The notes below the pieces were generated by a model. The model did not search any database. It was given only the letters and a program-made list of their open reading frames with translations, and was not told the origin of the DNA. A stretch of DNA of 59,596 nucleotides, taken from the IMG/VR virus record IMGVR_UViG_3300046006_003099, positions 1-59,596 of that record. One strand, written 5' to 3'. Source of the DNA: a virus (Duplodnaviria; Caudoviricetes). Position 1 is the first letter of the stretch. Each line of letters opens with the position of its first letter. Below are positions 57,913 to 59,596 of the stretch, piece by piece. The translations under genes and the position numbers were made by a program.

Positions 57913-58056
57913 TTATTCTTTAGGAACTAAGTATGAAATAAAATATTTACGCATATAAGTGGGCATAATCAGAATATCTGAATATGTAAATCCCCTACCG
58001 ACTAAGAATAAAATTTCTTTTAAAAGATTTTGTTGGTGATTAGATGTCAGGCCAAA
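57913..58056 (-). CDS. Frameshift extension of the tail/baseplate assembly chaperone (gp51 / gpGT-like)
   Basis: The open frame FGLTSNHQQNLLKEILFLVGRGFTYSDILIMPTYMRKYFISYLVPKE* overlaps the end of the 259 aa ORF in the +1 frame and has no 5' ATG. Confidence 0.7.
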   Translation of the reverse strand, partial: FGLTSNHQQNLLKEILFLVGRGFTYSDILIMPTYMRKYFISYLVPKE

Positions 58057-58819
58057 ATAAGTTTTTATTGATCCTAAGAAAGGTATTTACGGACTCTCCC
58101 CCCTGAGTCCGAGCAGTAACACTAAAGTTTATTCCTGGTTCAATATCAACAATATATTTGTTTAAACCTCTTATATCCATCAATGGTAAAGATTTTAAAA
58201 TATTGGAAATTTTAATTTTATCTCTTTCACCATCAATTGACATTATAGATCTCTCTAATCTAAGTGTAGTTTTTGAAGAAATATCAGTTTTATTTCTTTC
58301 CATTAATTCTGAATCTAATAAATCTATTTCTTCCTCATCTTTACCAGTTAAAAATCTAAATTTAATATTTTTATTACATTTTGGTAATAAAAAATCAAAA
58401 AACCCATTTTCATCAGGTTTTACTGTTAATTTTTTCTGTTCTAATTTAGTTAAATCAATTTCCCCCTCGACCACTTTTTTAGTAATTGGGTGAATAACTG
58501 GTTGCACATAATTTTCTCCAAAGGCAGAAACCCTTAAAAATAAAACTATTGCCATCCTATCACCTTCTAAAAGTAACTTATGATCAAAACCTAAATCTTT
58601 TACTTTTCTTTCAATTAAAACATCAATTAATCTACCACCCGCCAAAATATTTGGTGATGTAAGTACATTTTCATCGTATGCTGTTAAAAATTCAACTTTA
58701 ACGCTAGATTTTTTATTAGGATATAATAAACCTTGCGAAGGCAATTCTAATACATCATAAGGTACCTTATACTCATCAGGCACATAATTTGGGTCCATAA
58801 AACTTTGTCTTTCTTCCAT
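58040..58819 (-). CDS. Baseplate hub / tail assembly chaperone (T4 gp26-like)
   Basis: LELPSQGLLYP, FLTAYDENVLTS, LLEGDRMAIVLFLRVSAFG, IKFRFLTGKDE and C-terminal LFWPDI. Upstream of the tape measure gene. Confidence 0.78.
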   Translation of the reverse strand: MEERQSFMDPNYVPDEYKVPYDVLELPSQGLLYPNKKSSVKVEFLTAYDENVLTSPNILAGGRLIDVLIERKVKDLGFDHKLLLEGDRMAIVLFLRVSAFGENYVQPVIHPITKKVVEGEIDLTKLEQKKLTVKPDENGFFDFLLPKCNKNIKFRFLTGKDEEEIDLLDSELMERNKTDISSKTTLRLERSIMSIDGERDKIKISNILKSLPLMDIRGLNKYIVDIEPGINFSVTARTQGGESVNTFLRINKNLFWPDI

Positions 58820-58855
58820 ATTATAAAACTAATTAATTTTTATTAAAAGTAAATA

Positions 58856-59596
58856 TTAAGCCTCATCATCACCTATTATTTCTATAGGTATTATACTCAT
58901 ATTTAAATAAACCATATCACTTTTTTCTTCAGTAGATTTACCTTCTCCATCAACACCGCTATCATCAACGTCATTCACAGGACCATCATTATTAATTGGT
59001 ATTTCCCCTCCCTGATCTTTATTGTACCAATCTATACATCTTTGATCAACTTGTTTTTGTAAATCTTCTAATTGAGAAACACTTATTCTTTCTTTTTCTC
59101 CTGGAGGAGTTAATACTTTATCTAAAACATCATCCATTGTTGAGTCTTCTCCTAAACCTGCGTATTCTACTAAAAACCCAACAACTTGATTATCCTCTTT
59201 CTGTTTTTCTACACTTTCTTCAAAAGTAAGTATGCCATTTTTCATTTTAGTTATAGAATTTGTAAGTTTTAATTTTTTTCCATCAGCCCCTGAACAGAAT
59301 TTTTCTATTTCGGCTTCGTCCATACTTTCTAAATCACCAATTTCCTTAAGTGTTTTAGAGTAATCCTCTACTTCCTTTTTTAATTCTTCGAAAGTTTTTT
59401 TAGTTTCCTCAATTTTAGTAGTACATTCTATAAAACAAGGTGATTCGGTAACTTTTGATGGATCAATTCCTTCTTCAGTCTCACAATAATTTTTACACCA
59501 TTCGTTGTCTGCTTCCGCACTAGAAAAGTATTCTATAACCCCATCAATTTTATCTACAAAACCATCCATTACTGTATCTTTTAAGAAAAAAAGCTT
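58856..59596 (-). CDS. Acidic hypothetical protein, probably 5'-truncated by the window edge
   Basis: The frame stays open from the track ATG (59569) to the window end (KLFFLKDTV-M). Confidence 0.65.
   Translation of the reverse strand, partial: KLFFLKDTVMDGFVDKIDGVIEYFSSAEADNEWCKNYCETEEGIDPSKVTESPCFIECTTKIEETKKTFEELKKEVEDYSKTLKEIGDLESMDEAEIEKFCSGADGKKLKLTNSITKMKNGILTFEESVEKQKEDNQVVGFLVEYAGLGEDSTMDDVLDKVLTPPGEKERISVSQLEDLQKQVDQRCIDWYNKDQGGEIPINNDGPVNDVDDSGVDGEGKSTEEKSDMVYLNMSIIPIEIIGDDEA

Noticed and set aside
31396-58819. Bacterial contractile injection system (eCIS/T6SS) instead of a phage
   Set aside because: The baseplate genes are interleaved with phage-type primase, helicase, SSB, UvsX, gp46/47 and RNR, with no cellular housekeeping genes.
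6716-59229. Numerous short ORFs nested in or antisense to long genes (e.g. 17696, 18776, 29011, 34851, 41361, 51720, 55332, 58158)
   Set aside because: They lie within well-supported genes, mostly use non-ATG starts, and have no recognisable motifs or promoters.
1-59596. Stop-codon reassignment (as in some Bacteroidota phages)
   Set aside because: Genes are full length and tightly packed under the standard code. TAA dominates, but TGA (helicase, uvsX) and TAG (4566, 43549) occur at sensible gene ends.

Overview
This very AT-rich window (roughly 27-30% GC by eye) is densely coded and lies almost entirely on the minus strand. It is a fragment of a large tailed dsDNA phage genome: a jumbo myovirus with distant T4-like modules. 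The host is most likely in Bacteroidota, based on TTTG-N19/20-TAnnTTTG promoters, no obvious Shine-Dalgarno sites and host-like protein domains. From left to right it contains: (1) a recombination/replication block (SbcC/gp46 truncated by the window edge, SbcD/gp47, a PD-(D/E)XK nuclease, a ParB-like protein, a cREC receiver-like protein, primase, RuvC-like resolvase); (2) a ~28 kb baseplate/tail-fibre block of large Ser/Thr/Gly- and Cys-rich proteins plus gp6- and gp25-like wedge genes; (3) an exported metzincin protease on the opposite strand; (4) a replication block (DUF5522-like, class II RNR, DnaB/gp41 helicase, 5'-3' exonuclease, RecA/UvsX, gp32-like SSB); (5) a tail block (hub protein with a degenerate GH19 domain, gp53-like, tube initiator, tape measure, gp26-like chaperone). 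No tRNA, rRNA, CRISPR array, intron or intein was recognised. The most notable observations are a pervasive [S/T]-G-x-[T/S] motif concentrated in tail/baseplate proteins (candidate modification sequon), a host T9SS-cargo-type beta-propeller captured in a tail protein, an unannotated +1/-2 frameshift extension of the tail chaperone, apparent transfer of the Mre11 C-terminal region onto Rad50, a strand-specific TATTTAT(A/T) late-promoter motif and a five-copy inverted-repeat element upstream of primase. All family calls come from motif recognition by eye, not from database searches.
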